The notes under the pieces: generated by a model | Told to the model about the DNA's origin: nothing | The model's database searches: none | The model's input: only the letters and a program-made list of their open reading frames with translations | Made by a program: the position numbers and the translations under genes | Part shown: piece after piece, positions 38,388 to 49,806 of the stretch | Layout: each line of letters starts with the position of its first letter | Position numbering within the stretch: position 1 is the first letter of the stretch | NCBI GenBank assembly: GCA_963773065.1 | Contig: CAVYZN010000023.1 | Coordinates: forward strand, 96,001-160,000 | Direction of reading: 5' to 3' | Origin: an uncultured Gammaproteobacteria bacterium | GTDB taxonomy: Bacteria; Pseudomonadota; Gammaproteobacteria; UBA9214 | Length of the DNA stretch: 64,000 bases

Positions 38388-39772
38388 TCAGATAATGCCG
38401 ATGACATCCAGGAATACAATCATCACCGCGACCGGCGTGATGTAGCGCACCAGGAAACGCCACCAGCGGTAGAAAAATCCGTCACCCATGCCCAGTTCAT
38501 CCACGCTGGAATCCCGGCGCAGGTACCAGGCGGCGAACACGGCGATCGACAGCCCGCCAAGTGGGACCATGACATTGGTGGTGAGGTAATCGAGCAGGTC
38601 AAATACCGTATGGTCATGAAAAATCGGCACCCAGGAAAGCAGCTTCACTTCCGACCAGATATTGAACGAGAACACCGTGAGCAGCCCGCACAGCCAGGAT
38701 ACGACCCCGGCCAGCGCCGAGGCATGGATACGACTCAGTCCGTGATTCTCCACCAGCCAGGCAACGGCCGGCTCGATCAGCGAGATGGCTGAGGTCCATG
38801 CGGCGAACACGAGGAGGACAAAAAACAGCATGCCAAAGAACGCCCCGCCAGCCATATGGCCGAAAGCGATAGGCAGGGTCCGGAATATCAGCCCGGGACC
38901 GGAGGACGGCTCGAGCCCGTTGGCGAAAACGAGGGGGAAAATGGCCAGGCCGGCCAGCAGGGCCGCCACCGTGTCCATGACGGAAACCGCGATGGAAGTC
39001 CTGGCGATGGAGATGTTGTCAGGCAGGTAGGAACCATAGGCCATGATCGCACCCATGCCCAGGCTGAGGGTGAAAATGGCATGCCCCATGGCGATCAGGA
39101 TGCCATTGACGGAGATCCGGCCGAACTCCGGCCGAAACAGGAATTCCACTCCCTGCGCAAAGGATCCGCTGTTCCACGCATAACCGTCCAGCACCAGCAG
39201 TAAGACAAACAGGGTGGGTATGAGCACGCGCGTGAGCCGCTTCCAGACCGCCACGCACACCCCGCGCCACCACCATCATGGTCATCACCATGAAGATCGT
39301 ATGCCATGCGATGAGACGTTCAGGTTCGTTGACGAGGTTGGAAAATATGCTTTGCACGCCATCGGCCGTCAGCCCGGTAAACAGACCCGCTGCCGGTGCG
39401 GAACACATAGGCCAGCGCCCAACCGGCAATCACACTGTAATAGGAAAGAATCAGGAAACCGGCGAGCATCACTCCCCACCCCAGCCACTGCCAGTGCGGA
39501 CTGAGTTTTTCTTCCGACGCTAGGGTACGCATGGTATTGACAGGGCACTGGCGGCCACGGCGTCCCAGCATTACCTCGGCCATCATGATGGGGATGCCGA
39601 TGATGGCGATACATACCAGGTAAACCAGCACGAAGGCGCCGCCGCCGTTCTCGCCGGTGATATACGGAAACTTCCATATATTCCCCAGGCCCACGGCGGA
39701 CCCCGTGGCGGCCAGCACAAACGCCATCCGGCTGGACCACTGGCCGTGTATCGACACTCGCTCGGTTGGCAT
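38388..39772 (-). CDS. sodium-dependent transporter, NSS family (two apparent indels)
   Basis: [38 protein letters not shown] and GPGLIF.TLP, spread over three frames. Confidence 0.9.
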
Positions 39773-39883
39773 ACTTACCCCTATGTTGCGGATGCCCGGG
39801 CATTGTCCGTGAAATGGCCGCCCACCTCAACACCAGTAATCCCGCGGCATACGAGCGGCGAACAGGGTTGCTATACTGCGCCG

Positions 39884-40363
39884 ATGAACAGCAAGAAATC
39901 CGGCGGCAAGGGCTCATCCGGCACCATTGCGCTGAACAGGAAAGCCCGTCACGACTTCTTCATTGAAGAACAGTTCGAAGCGGGACTCGCATTGCAGGGG
40001 TGGGAAGTGAAGAGCATTCGCGAAGGCCGGTCACAACTGAACGAAAGCTACATCCTCATCAAGAACGGCGAGGCTTGGCTGTTTGGCGTGCATATCACGC
40101 CGTTGACGAGCGCATCCACTCACATCAGACCCGATCCGACCCGCACCCGCAAGCTGCTCCTGCACCGCCGTGAACTGGACAAGCTGATCGGCGCCGTTGA
40201 ACGCAAGGGCTATACGCTAGTGCCACTGGCCATGTACTGGAAAAACGGGCTTGCCAAGCTGGAAGTCGCCCTGGCCCGCGGCAAGCAGAGTCAGGATAAG
40301 CGCGCCACCGAGAAAGCCCGTGACTGGGAACGCGAAAAAGGCCGGCTACTGCGCAATCGCTAG
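39884..40363 (+). CDS. smpB: SsrA-binding protein
   Basis: [31 protein letters not shown] and DKR motifs. TATACT sits just before the ATG, so the transcript may be leaderless. Confidence 0.97.
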   Translation: MNSKKSGGKGSSGTIALNRKARHDFFIEEQFEAGLALQGWEVKSIREGRSQLNESYILIKNGEAWLFGVHITPLTSASTHIRPDPTRTRKLLLHRRELDKLIGAVERKGYTLVPLAMYWKNGLAKLEVALARGKQSQDKRATEKARDWEREKGRLLRNR

Positions 40364-40624
40364 GCCGATATTCCACCGAGTGGAACGCCAGGTATTCCCA
40401 GATTTGCTATCCCGGAATCAACCAGTAGTTACCGAACAGACAATACGGACTCTTACGCAGGATACCGCACGAATGGGTGAGATAAAAAATCGCTGTACAA
40501 AATCTTGATCCTATTGGGTCCGTTGCTACGCTCTTTTGACCCAACTAAGCTACGTGTTAATTTTTTTCGCCCCTCAGTCAACGGGCATGGCCGAATGCCG
40601 CCCGACTGGAGGAAAAAATGCGTC

Positions 40625-41306
40625 TTATTGCTTGGTGGCCGGCTGCTGCTTGAACGCCGCCTGTTCGTTCCTTTTATTATTGCGATCTTCCAGCATGGCG
40701 ATCAGGCCATCCAAGCCCTTGTCACGGATAATGGATGAAAAGCTGGAGCGCTGGGTAATGACCAGGCTGACGCCCTCGGCGCTCACATCGTAGACCTTCC
40801 AGTCGTTTCCCCTGCGGTACATGCGAAACTGCGCATGAATCAAGCGGACCATTCGGCTGCTCGATTTCCGCCTCGACCTCCGCCCTATCACCATTGGGCG
40901 GATTACGCATCGGAAGATACTTGATGGATTGTCCATGGTAATCGGCCCTGGAGATGGATGACAGATAGGTGTTGATTAACAGTTCCCGGAACTCCCGCTC
41001 GAAAATCTCACGCTGCTGGGGCGTTGCCTTGCGCCAGTTGATTCCCAGAACCGACTGGGACAGGGCCAGGAAATCGACATTCGGAACCACGACCTCATTG
41101 GCGATTGAGCGCAGGCGCGCCTTGTCGTCCAGTACGGTGGGGTCTTGCTTGATGATCTCAAGCACATGGTCGGACATCCCCTGCAGCACTTCTATTGGAC
41201 CCTGTCCGGCCAGAGCAGCGGTACTGGATACAACCGTAGCGGTCAACAACATGAAGTTGAGCCAGAATCTATGTAATAGATTGTATACTGTTGTTTTATA
41301 TTCCAT
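40625..41306 (-). CDS. MlaC/Ttg2D-family periplasmic lipid-binding protein (indel near 40840)
   Basis: Signal peptide, P.VDF..LS..VLG..WRKAT.QQR..F..EF..LL..TY and WKVYDV..EGVSLV...RSSF. Confidence 0.85.
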
Positions 41307-41928
41307 TGTCTATGCTTTCCGATGGATGCATACCATGAATCATCTCCGCCTGGACGGTCGGTTATAGCTTCATGCGGTTCGGCAACGTCTGCAAATTCTT
41401 AAATATATTATCTGAATGGTAGTCAGTGATGATTAATTTTACAGGTATTTCCTGTTCTCTGCGGTGTTACTAACGACCTCTCAGAGCCTGCTGTCATGGC
41501 GCACCGGCTGGCAGGCTTACCGGTTCTGAAACCAACGCCTTTCTAACCGCACGCATTATTATAAATATTATTACAATCATAAACTCACACGAGATACCTT
41601 GCGTGAAGAAACAGGTTAACCAAGCGCCGGCACGAAGACACGCCAGTCCGGTTACCGCCATGACTGACTGGCATTGCGGCTACACACACGATGGGTGCCA
41701 AAGCCGTGGTTTCATTACCTCATCAACCGACGCCGATCATCAGGGTTCCGGGCAGTCTGCGTTTCCCCAGCCCGCCTAAACCCTCGTTTACAGACCGTTA
41801 CCCTGTCTACCTTCGCCGGATTATGATGATCAAGTCGACGATGATTGACGTGCGGACCGGCAAGATCCCATCCACGCGATGATCGGATGACAGTAACGAC
41901 ACCTCGAGTACACCAATATCACGTCCAC

Positions 41929-42744
41929 ATGCCAGACACTGACTCTGATGAACGGATGAGGCAAGCGGAACCTTCGCTTGCCTGGTTCCGCTTCTATGAA
42001 GAGCTGAACGATTTCCTTCCGACGGCCCGCCGGAAACGGCGCTTCCCTCATGTCTTCACCCGCCGCGCGTCCATCAAGGACATGATCGAGGCGCTCGGCA
42101 TACCGCATACGGAAGTCGAAGTGATACTGGTCAATGGCGAAAGCGTCGATTTTACCTATATCGTTAACGACGGCGATGACGTCAGCGTGTACCCGATGTT
42201 TGAAAGCCTGGATATACGGCCGTTGCTCAGATTGCGGCCGGAGCCACTGCGGCGACCCGGCTTCGTGCTCGACACGCACCTGGGACGCCTGGCGCGCTAT
42301 CTGCGGCTGCTGGGCTTCGATTCCCTCTATCACAACGATTTCCCTGATGAGGACCTGGCACGGATATCAAGCGAACAACACCGCACTCTGCTGACCCGCG
42401 ACCGGATATTGCTGCGGCGCAAGATCATCACCCGCGGCTACTTCATCCGCGCGACGGAGCCGCTGCAGCAGACAGTCGAAGTCCTGCGGCGGTTTGACCT
42501 GTCAGGGGACATCAAGCCGCTCGGTCGCTGCATCCGTTGCAATGGCATGCTGGAGGATGTCGAAAAGGACATGATCATCGACCGGCTCGAACCGAAGACG
42601 CGCCGCTATTACGAGCATTTCCGGATTTGCCGCGATTGCGGGCAAATCTACTGGCGGGGAAGTCACTTCGGGAAAATGACCCGGTTGATTGACGCCATCG
42701 CGGCGGCATCGGCAGGGGAAATCGCCCCTGGCAGTCACTCCTGA
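41929..42744 (+). CDS. Mut7-C ubiquitin-like + PIN RNase (DUF82) protein
   Basis: FRFYEELNDFLP...SIKD.IEALGIPHTEV, FVLDTHLGRLARYLRLLGFD, LLTRD, RCIRCNG and C..CG.IYW.GSH motifs. Start approximate. Confidence 0.9.
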   Translation: MPDTDSDERMRQAEPSLAWFRFYEELNDFLPTARRKRRFPHVFTRRASIKDMIEALGIPHTEVEVILVNGESVDFTYIVNDGDDVSVYPMFESLDIRPLLRLRPEPLRRPGFVLDTHLGRLARYLRLLGFDSLYHNDFPDEDLARISSEQHRTLLTRDRILLRRKIITRGYFIRATEPLQQTVEVLRRFDLSGDIKPLGRCIRCNGMLEDVEKDMIIDRLEPKTRRYYEHFRICRDCGQIYWRGSHFGKMTRLIDAIAAASAGEIAPGSHS

Positions 42745-42984
42745 ACCGGCCGGGCTGCGGCAGCATCTGCCATCGACCAGACAACGGCAGGACGGTCCCG
42801 CGTTTCACCGACACCGCAAGCATTACCCGCGCCCAGACACCACGGCACCTTCCGGCATGGACCGCACCCCCGGTCGGCACGGCAAGGCGAAATCGGCAAT
42901 ATCCTGCAGCAATTCATTGACATGCCTCCGGTACTTGTTAACATCCTGTCTTCTCTGGACAAAATTGCCCGCATCGATACCCGC

Positions 42985-43770
42985 ATGAAAATCCTCCTGC
43001 CTCTCCTGCTGACGGTCTGTTCCCTGTCGACCAGCGCCGCGGAAATTCCCCAGGCAATCGAATCGTGCCTACAGCGGAACCTGCCGGAGACAACCTCATC
43101 CCAGTCGATCGAGCTGCACGCACGGGACCGCAGCGGCTACGAGCAGACACTTGAAGCCGATGTTTACTGGAAACGCTACGCAGCCGATCAGGCGAGCGTC
43201 ATGATGTATTTCCGTGAACCCGCCGATATCCGGGGCGCCAGGTTTTTGATCGTGGGAAAACAGCCCCAGAACGACATGTATATCTACATGCCCAGCCTGT
43301 TCAAGGTCCGCCGCGTTACCTCAAGAAATATCTCCAATTCCATCATGGGCACGGACTTTTCCTATGAGGATTTTGAGCGCATCCAGGGAATACTTTCCGA
43401 TATTCACGCCGAACAGTTCCCCGACGACACGCTAGCAGGGAGAGCCGTGTACGTCCTGATGAGCTATCCGGATGAAAGCTCGGGCTACGTCAAGGTGGCC
43501 ACCTACATCGACAAGGAAACCTGCATTCCGCTCAAGACCGAGCTGTATGAACGTGGACATGTTTTGCGCAAACAGTTGACCGTCGACCCGGCGGCCATCC
43601 GGCACCAGGCAGGCATTTTCTACCCGAGCGAACTGGTGATAAAAGACCTGAAAGACAAGACGGAAACCCGGCTGATTGTCCGAAACGTCAGCATCGGAAC
43701 GCAACTGAGTGATGACCTGTTTGATGCAGAGAAACTGAAACAGGCGGAAATCCCGGCCATAGTCCCCTAG
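42985..43770 (+). CDS. outer-membrane lipoprotein-sorting (LolA-like) protein
   Basis: Signal peptide, F.EPADIRG..FL, YIYMP...KVRR and GTDFSYED motifs; adjacent to an MMPL gene. Confidence 0.85.
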   Translation: MKILLPLLLTVCSLSTSAAEIPQAIESCLQRNLPETTSSQSIELHARDRSGYEQTLEADVYWKRYAADQASVMMYFREPADIRGARFLIVGKQPQNDMYIYMPSLFKVRRVTSRNISNSIMGTDFSYEDFERIQGILSDIHAEQFPDDTLAGRAVYVLMSYPDESSGYVKVATYIDKETCIPLKTELYERGHVLRKQLTVDPAAIRHQAGIFYPSELVIKDLKDKTETRLIVRNVSIGTQLSDDLFDAEKLKQAEIPAIVP

Positions 43771-43773
43771 GCG

Positions 43774-46519
43774 ATGGGTATACTCGAGAAATTCTCCAAC
43801 CTCATCTCGAGGTCTACCGGCCTCGTCCTGCTGCTCTCTGCGGCCCTCACCATTCTGGCCGTCACCCGACTGGTCGACCTGCACACGGGTCATTTCCGCC
43901 TGGAGATCGACCCATCCGCCAACCGGCTGCTGTCCGAGCACAACGCCGCCAAGCAGTTCTATGACCAGGCGCGGCGCACCTTCGGCAGCGACGAGATACT
44001 GGTCATCACGCTGACATCCCCGGATGTTTTTACACGCGACACCCTTGAGCGGATTGACAGGATGACCGCGCGCATCAGCGCCGTCGAGGCTGTCGACCAC
44101 GTGGTGTCACTGGCCAACGCGATGGACATACGCAACGTCGAAGGCGGACTGGACATCGCGCCCTTCATCGACAACCTGGGGGAAGGTCCCGAGGCCATCA
44201 AGGCAATCCGGCAGCGGGTACTCGACAACCCCATCTACAGCGGCAGCCTGGTTTCGAAAGCCGGCGACGCCACCGCGCTGATCGTTTATTTCCAGGATAT
44301 CGACGATCGTGAATTCATCCGTCGCGGCATCCACGACAGTATCGTCGCCATCGTCAACGAGGAGAAAGGCGCCAACGAAGTCTGGTTCACCGGCACGCCG
44401 CACTTCAAGGTCTCGGTCATCAAGATCCTGATCCACGATCTCCTGTGGATGCCACCGCTCATCACCCTGGTCCTGGCCCTGGTGCTGATTGCCTGCTATC
44501 GATCGGTGCTCGGCGTCATCGTCCCGTTGCTAACCGTCGGTGTCGGCGTGGTGCTTTCACTGGGGATCATCACCGCGCTCGGGTATTCGCTCAGCATGAT
44601 CTCCGTGCTGGTGCCTCCGCTCCTGATGATACTCGGCCTCTCCTATTCGGTGTACGTGGTGTCCGATTACCAGCAGCATCGGCTGGAGACGCCTGACAAG
44701 ACCGTCCTGGTCAGAGACACGTTGAAGCGCAGCCTGCTGCCTGTCCTGTTGGCAGGATTGACGACCGTTGCCGGCTTCATCTCATTGATGGCCAATCCGA
44801 TCGAGGCGATCAGCGAATTCGGCCTGCTCTCGACCATCGGCGTCATCGTGATCAATCTCCTGTCGGTCACCCTCACCCCCGCCCTGCTCAAATTTCTGGA
44901 CAGGCGAGACCCTGCCCTCACACGGGCAAGGGAAGCGCGGGCATCGTTATTCGAGCGTTTCATCGACCGCATCGCGCGCTTCGACCTGAACCATAGAAGA
45001 AGCATCTTTGTCTGCTTCGGTGTCGCCCTGGCGCTGGGCCTGGCTGGCATACCCAGGATCCACGTCAGCGCGGATATCATGTCGAGTTTTCCCAGGGATT
45101 CGGAGGTGCGCAGGTCCTTTGAACTGGTCAATGAGAAACTCGGGGGAGCAAACCCGCTGTATATCGTCATCGATGGCGGCCACCCCGATGCCTTCAAGGA
45201 CCCGGCCACCCTGGAAATCATCAGGGAACTGCAATCCTGGCTGGGCAAGCAAGCGGATATCGGCGGTTCGGTCTCCATCGCCGACTACCTCATGCTGGTC
45301 AACAAGGCCCTGCACGACGACGACCCCGCCTTTTATGCCATACCGGACAACCGCCGGCTGATAACCCAGTTGCTGTTTCTCAGCTTCCAGCGACGAACTG
45401 GACAGGATCGTCGATAGCCGATACCAGACCGCGAATGTCATCGTGCGCGCCAGGGTCATCAGCTCGGACGACATGGCCAAACTGATTGACCGCATCAACG
45501 CAAGACTCGCCGAATTGCCCTCCCACCTCAAGGCGACGGTCACCGGCAATCCGGTGCTGATCACGGAAGCCCTGACGCAGATCATCCTCGGCCAGGCAAC
45601 GAGTTTTGGACTCGCGCTGCTGATCGTCTATGCCATCATGTCACTGATGTTCATGTCCCACCGTATCGGGTTCATCGCGCTGATCCCCAACCTCATACCG
45701 ATAGTGGTCTTCTTCGGCTCGCTGGGATTCTTCGGCATCAGCCTCAACCCCAGCACCAGCCTGATCGCCCCGATGGTGCTGGGTATCGCCCTCGACGACA
45801 CCATTCACTATTTCGCGCACATCAACCACGAAGTCAGGCGCCTGGCGGATGACAGGAAGGCCACTATTGCCACCCTCAAGGCCGTCGGCCGGCCCATGAC
45901 CTATACCGCGGCAGGCCTCTGCCTCGGCTTTCTGGTCCTGACGACCAGCGAACTCAGCATGCAGGTGCAGGTCGGCCTCATGGCCTCCTGGGCGCTCGTG
46001 GTAGGCTGGCTGTGCGAATTCCTGCTCACCCCCGCGCTCTGTTCCAGTGTCCGCATCACCACCCTGTGGGACGTGCTGACCCTCGACCTCGGAGAAAACC
46101 CGCAGGAGTCCATCCCCCTGCTGAACGGCCTGCGCAAATCGCAGGCGCGGATCGTCGCCCTCATGTCGAGAGTCACCACCGTTCCGGCCGGCACCCGCAT
46201 CATCACCGCCGGGGAAAAGGGCAAGGAAATGTACGTGGTGATCGACGGCCGGCTGCGCAGCTCGATTACCGGGGAAAAAGGCCGCGTCGAGGTCGCCACC
46301 CACGCGCGCGGGGACGTGGTCGGCGAGGCCGGCCTGTTCTTCGAGAAGCGCACCGCCGATGTGGATACGCTGGAAGACAGCCGGCTGCTGTGTCTGAGCC
46401 AGGACAATCTTGACCGGCTCAGCCGGCGCTACCCCTACATCGCCACCAAGGTGTTCAGGAATCTGAACCGGATCCTGGCCACCCGCCTGTTCACGACCAC
46501 CCACAGGCTGACGACCTGA
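43774..46519 (+). CDS. MMPL/RND-family exporter with C-terminal cyclic-nucleotide-binding domain (indel near 45390)
   Basis: Two TM bundles (GLTTVAGF.SL and LGIALDDTIH) and a C-terminal AGEKGKEMYVV..G...GDVVGEAGLFFEKRTADV cNMP cassette. Confidence 0.88.
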
Positions 46520-46679
46520 TGCTGGAACAGATTGACCACATGAACGGTAACGTCGCGGCCATGACAGCCAGTATGCAGTTGCTCAACCGGCAGCTTGTCG
46601 ACATGAACCTGAACGTGGGGAGCATGTCGGCAACATGCACCAGATGGCGGAACCGATGAAGATGTTCCCGTTCCAGTAA
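46519..46679 (+). other. short Met-rich coiled-coil ORF/remnant (one indel)
   Basis: ATG overlaps the MMPL stop. Reads MLEQIDHMNGNVAAMTASMQLLNRQLVDMNLNVGSMS then, after a shift, NMHQMAEPMKMFPFQ*. Confidence 0.35.
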
Positions 46680-46801
46680 TGCGGAAAAGCGGGAGTAGCG
46701 GTTTACCGAAATCCCGCTCCCCGCTATTCGCGGGGATGGCGTGTTCAGAGCCTCTCTTCACTCCCTTGAATCCGATCAGGCGGCTGACTGAAATTGGGCA
46801 C

Positions 46802-47527
46802 CTATTTTCGATCGTAATCGGCTGCTGCTTTCAATCCAACCTGATCGAGCAAGGCAGCCCGCTGGGCACGCAAACTTGCATCCCCCGGGTTATACTGGAT
46901 AGTGCGAGATATCGAATCAATGGCGTCATACCAGATCCCATCCTCTGCATAGGTACGTGCCAATGTGCGCTCGTTTGCTTTGGCGATCCGGCTCTTAAGA
47001 GCAGCATCGGGCATGATGTACTGAATCGTGCCACTGGCAACGATATCGTTGGAGCGTTGTTTCTCATCCGGCGTCAAGGAGACGAACCAGCGATACTCAA
47101 TTCCCGGCTTGAGTGTTGCGCCAACCGTTGCCAGATCCAGACTCTGAATTCCTGCACTTTTCGGGATACCGATGACCTGCTCGAGAAGCGGATCAATTTT
47201 CTCGTCATTGATCACCGTCACATCCAGCCGGGCGTTTGCGGGCTCGGAGAGGTACCAGTAGAGCGTTGGCTGGCTCCTGGTGGTCAGCCCCGTGTGATCA
47301 GGCGCCAGCACAGACAGCTTGCCTGTTATTTCTCCTGCCCCGCGCGACCCGCCACCTACTCGACTGGCCGGCGCACCCCGTACGGGAGGGATGGTAGGTG
47401 AAACCGGCGGAATCGGTGCTGCTCTTTGTCTCTGAAGAGCCGCTTGTTTCTTCTGCGAATAGCAGGCAGGAAAATGGTAAAAGAACCAGTGCTAGCAACA
47501 GAATCCAATTACCGAAATCATTTTCAT
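46802..47527 (-). CDS. DUF928-domain exported protein (frameshifted)
   Basis: Hydrophobic signal-like N-terminus, RGAP.SRVGGGSRG, LAPDHTGLT...QPTLYWY, G.EYRWFVS and YAEDGIWYDAI...R..LL.QVGL. Confidence 0.85.
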
Positions 47528-47834
47528 GACAATCCCTCCCCGTTGGTTTAAGTGATATTCATCGTTGCGATCTGCATCCAAGATACCGCACGTATGCCCA
47601 CCTCAGATAGCCAACATTGGCTCATCTGCCAAAACGTGCCGGGGAGATCGTTCGCCCACCTTATTGAGATTTATGCACCCATCAATAACTAAACAGACTA
47701 CGGCTGTTTATAGCGGATCAAGGGCGACAATACAATTGGGAAACATACTTACCAGGAAATCCAGAGGCAAGGTCCCGTACCAGGCGGCAGGTGTTGGAGT
47801 GAAGCTGCAGGACTGTGGCAAACGTCCGCCGGCC

Positions 47835-49806
47835 TCAGCTATTGGCGGCGATTGATGGAGCGAAATCGCCCGCATCCACCTGCGTTTTTTCTCCAAGCAG
47901 GCGGTAGACCATCACACCCTCGGACTTGCCTTTCAGACTGCAGACCCCGACATGTTCGAGTTCGAACCGGTCCCCGAGACACTCGGCCGTATTGGCGGAC
48001 AGCAGGACTTGGCACAAGCTGTCCGGAGAATTCCCTGGGGCCTCCTTGCTGAAACTCTCGAGCCTTGCAGCCGTGTTGACCACATCACCGATGGTCGTAT
48101 ATTTGATGCGTTGCGTGCTGCCCAGACAACCGGCCACCACCGGCCCGGTGGCAATGCCAACACGAATCCTGACCAGCGGGGAACCCTGCGCGGACCAGAA
48201 CTCATTCAGCCGCTCCATTTGCCGCCGCATCGCCAACGCGCAGGTCACGGCGTTGATGGCGTCCTGGCGAATCTCCTCTTCGGTCATCCGCGGGACGGGG
48301 ACGCCGAAATCGGCCTTGATGGCGTCGCCGATGTAGTTATCGACCACACCGCCATACTGCGTGACCAGACTTGCCATCGCTTCCATGTACTCGTTGAGCC
48401 AGTTCAGCAATTCCGGGGGGGTGAGCCGTTCGGCAACCGGGGTAAAGTTGGCCAGGTCCGAAAACAGCACGGTGATCGTCATGGTCTGTGCCTCCAGACG
48501 CCCACCATGCATGAAACGGTCCCGATGTTTCCACAACTCATCGGCAACGGCAGGCGAGACGTTCTTGGAGAACAGGTCCATGAGGAGCTTTTTCTCGGCC
48601 TTTTCGTAATTCGACAGGTACGCCGCGACCACCCCGGAGGCGGCCAGCCAGGCGAGTCCGGTGGGGGCGACCGGCAACCACCAACCCTGGACGAAGGCAT
48701 AAAACGTGACCGCGACCATCACCGCCAGACCGCCGACAGCGAAAAGGGTAAAGCGCAGGCCTGAGCGGGCAAACCGTCCGAGAATCGCCGCCAGCCCGCC
48801 CCACAGCAGCACCCACAGATGTTCTATCCGGTCGTCCACCACCCGGATGGGGGTATCGCCCGCCAAGGCCGCCCGCAGCAACTGGTTGGTCTCGTAGGCA
48901 TGGACCGCAATACCCGAGGTGGTTTGTCCGGGGCCGGCAAATCTGATCGTACGGGGTAAGAAATTCATCCTTGACGCTATCGGAATTGACACCAGCAATG
49001 ACGATATTGTCCCGGATGAGCGCCGGATCCACGTGGCCATCCAGGACATCGGCCATCGAGTAGGTCGTAAAGGGTTTGACGCCGCCCCGGTAGTCGAGCA
49101 GATATTGATACCCGGCCGCATCGGCCGCCACATAGCCACCGTCGTTGGCCTCGAATGGGATAAAGGTCGTCGGACCCAGGCGCAGGTACTCGGGGTTCGG
49201 CTCCCCTGCCTGCGGCGTAATGCCCGCCTTGGCCAGATAGGCCAGGGCGAGCCGCAGTGGCAGTGACATGGAGAAATTCTGGCCATCATCGAGAAACAGC
49301 AGCCCACGCCGCGCCACACCATCGCTGTCGACGGTGACATCGGAGAATCCGATCCGCTGCGTGCCTCGCAGGACCGTGGGGCCGAGCACCCGGCCTGCCA
49401 CGGGCATCACCGAACTTTTCTATACAGATAATCGACTCGTTGTCGGCGAGCAGCGCATTCAGCCGTTCCGTACCAGGCGGCACGGGGAAATCCCGGTAGA
49501 GATCGACGCCGATCACCCGCGGGGAATAGTCGAGGAGCGTCTCAATCAGGTCGGCCAGCCGGTCGTCAGAGGGCGGCCATTGCCGGATCCGCTGGATGTC
49601 CTCCTCCACAATCTGGACCAGTATCAGGCGCGGCTCGGGCACGGTGTGGCGCTCCTTGACCCGCAGAAAGACATCGTAAGTGGCCAATTCGAGGAACTGG
49701 AGATAGCCGGCGCTCCGAACCCGACCACGAGCAGGCAGGTGAGAATGCCCAGCCCCAGACTCACCAGTGTCGGTGACCGAAGCCGTGCCAGCCACTCAGC
49801 CTTCAT
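47835..49806 (-). CDS. CHASE2-domain class III adenylate/guanylate cyclase (several indels)
   Basis: LELATYD, WPPSD..LA, PRVIGVDLYRD.PVPPG and DSDGVARR (CHASE2), three TM helices, then TVLFSDLANFT, IGDA, RVGIATG and IGDVVNTAARLES. Confidence 0.9.
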
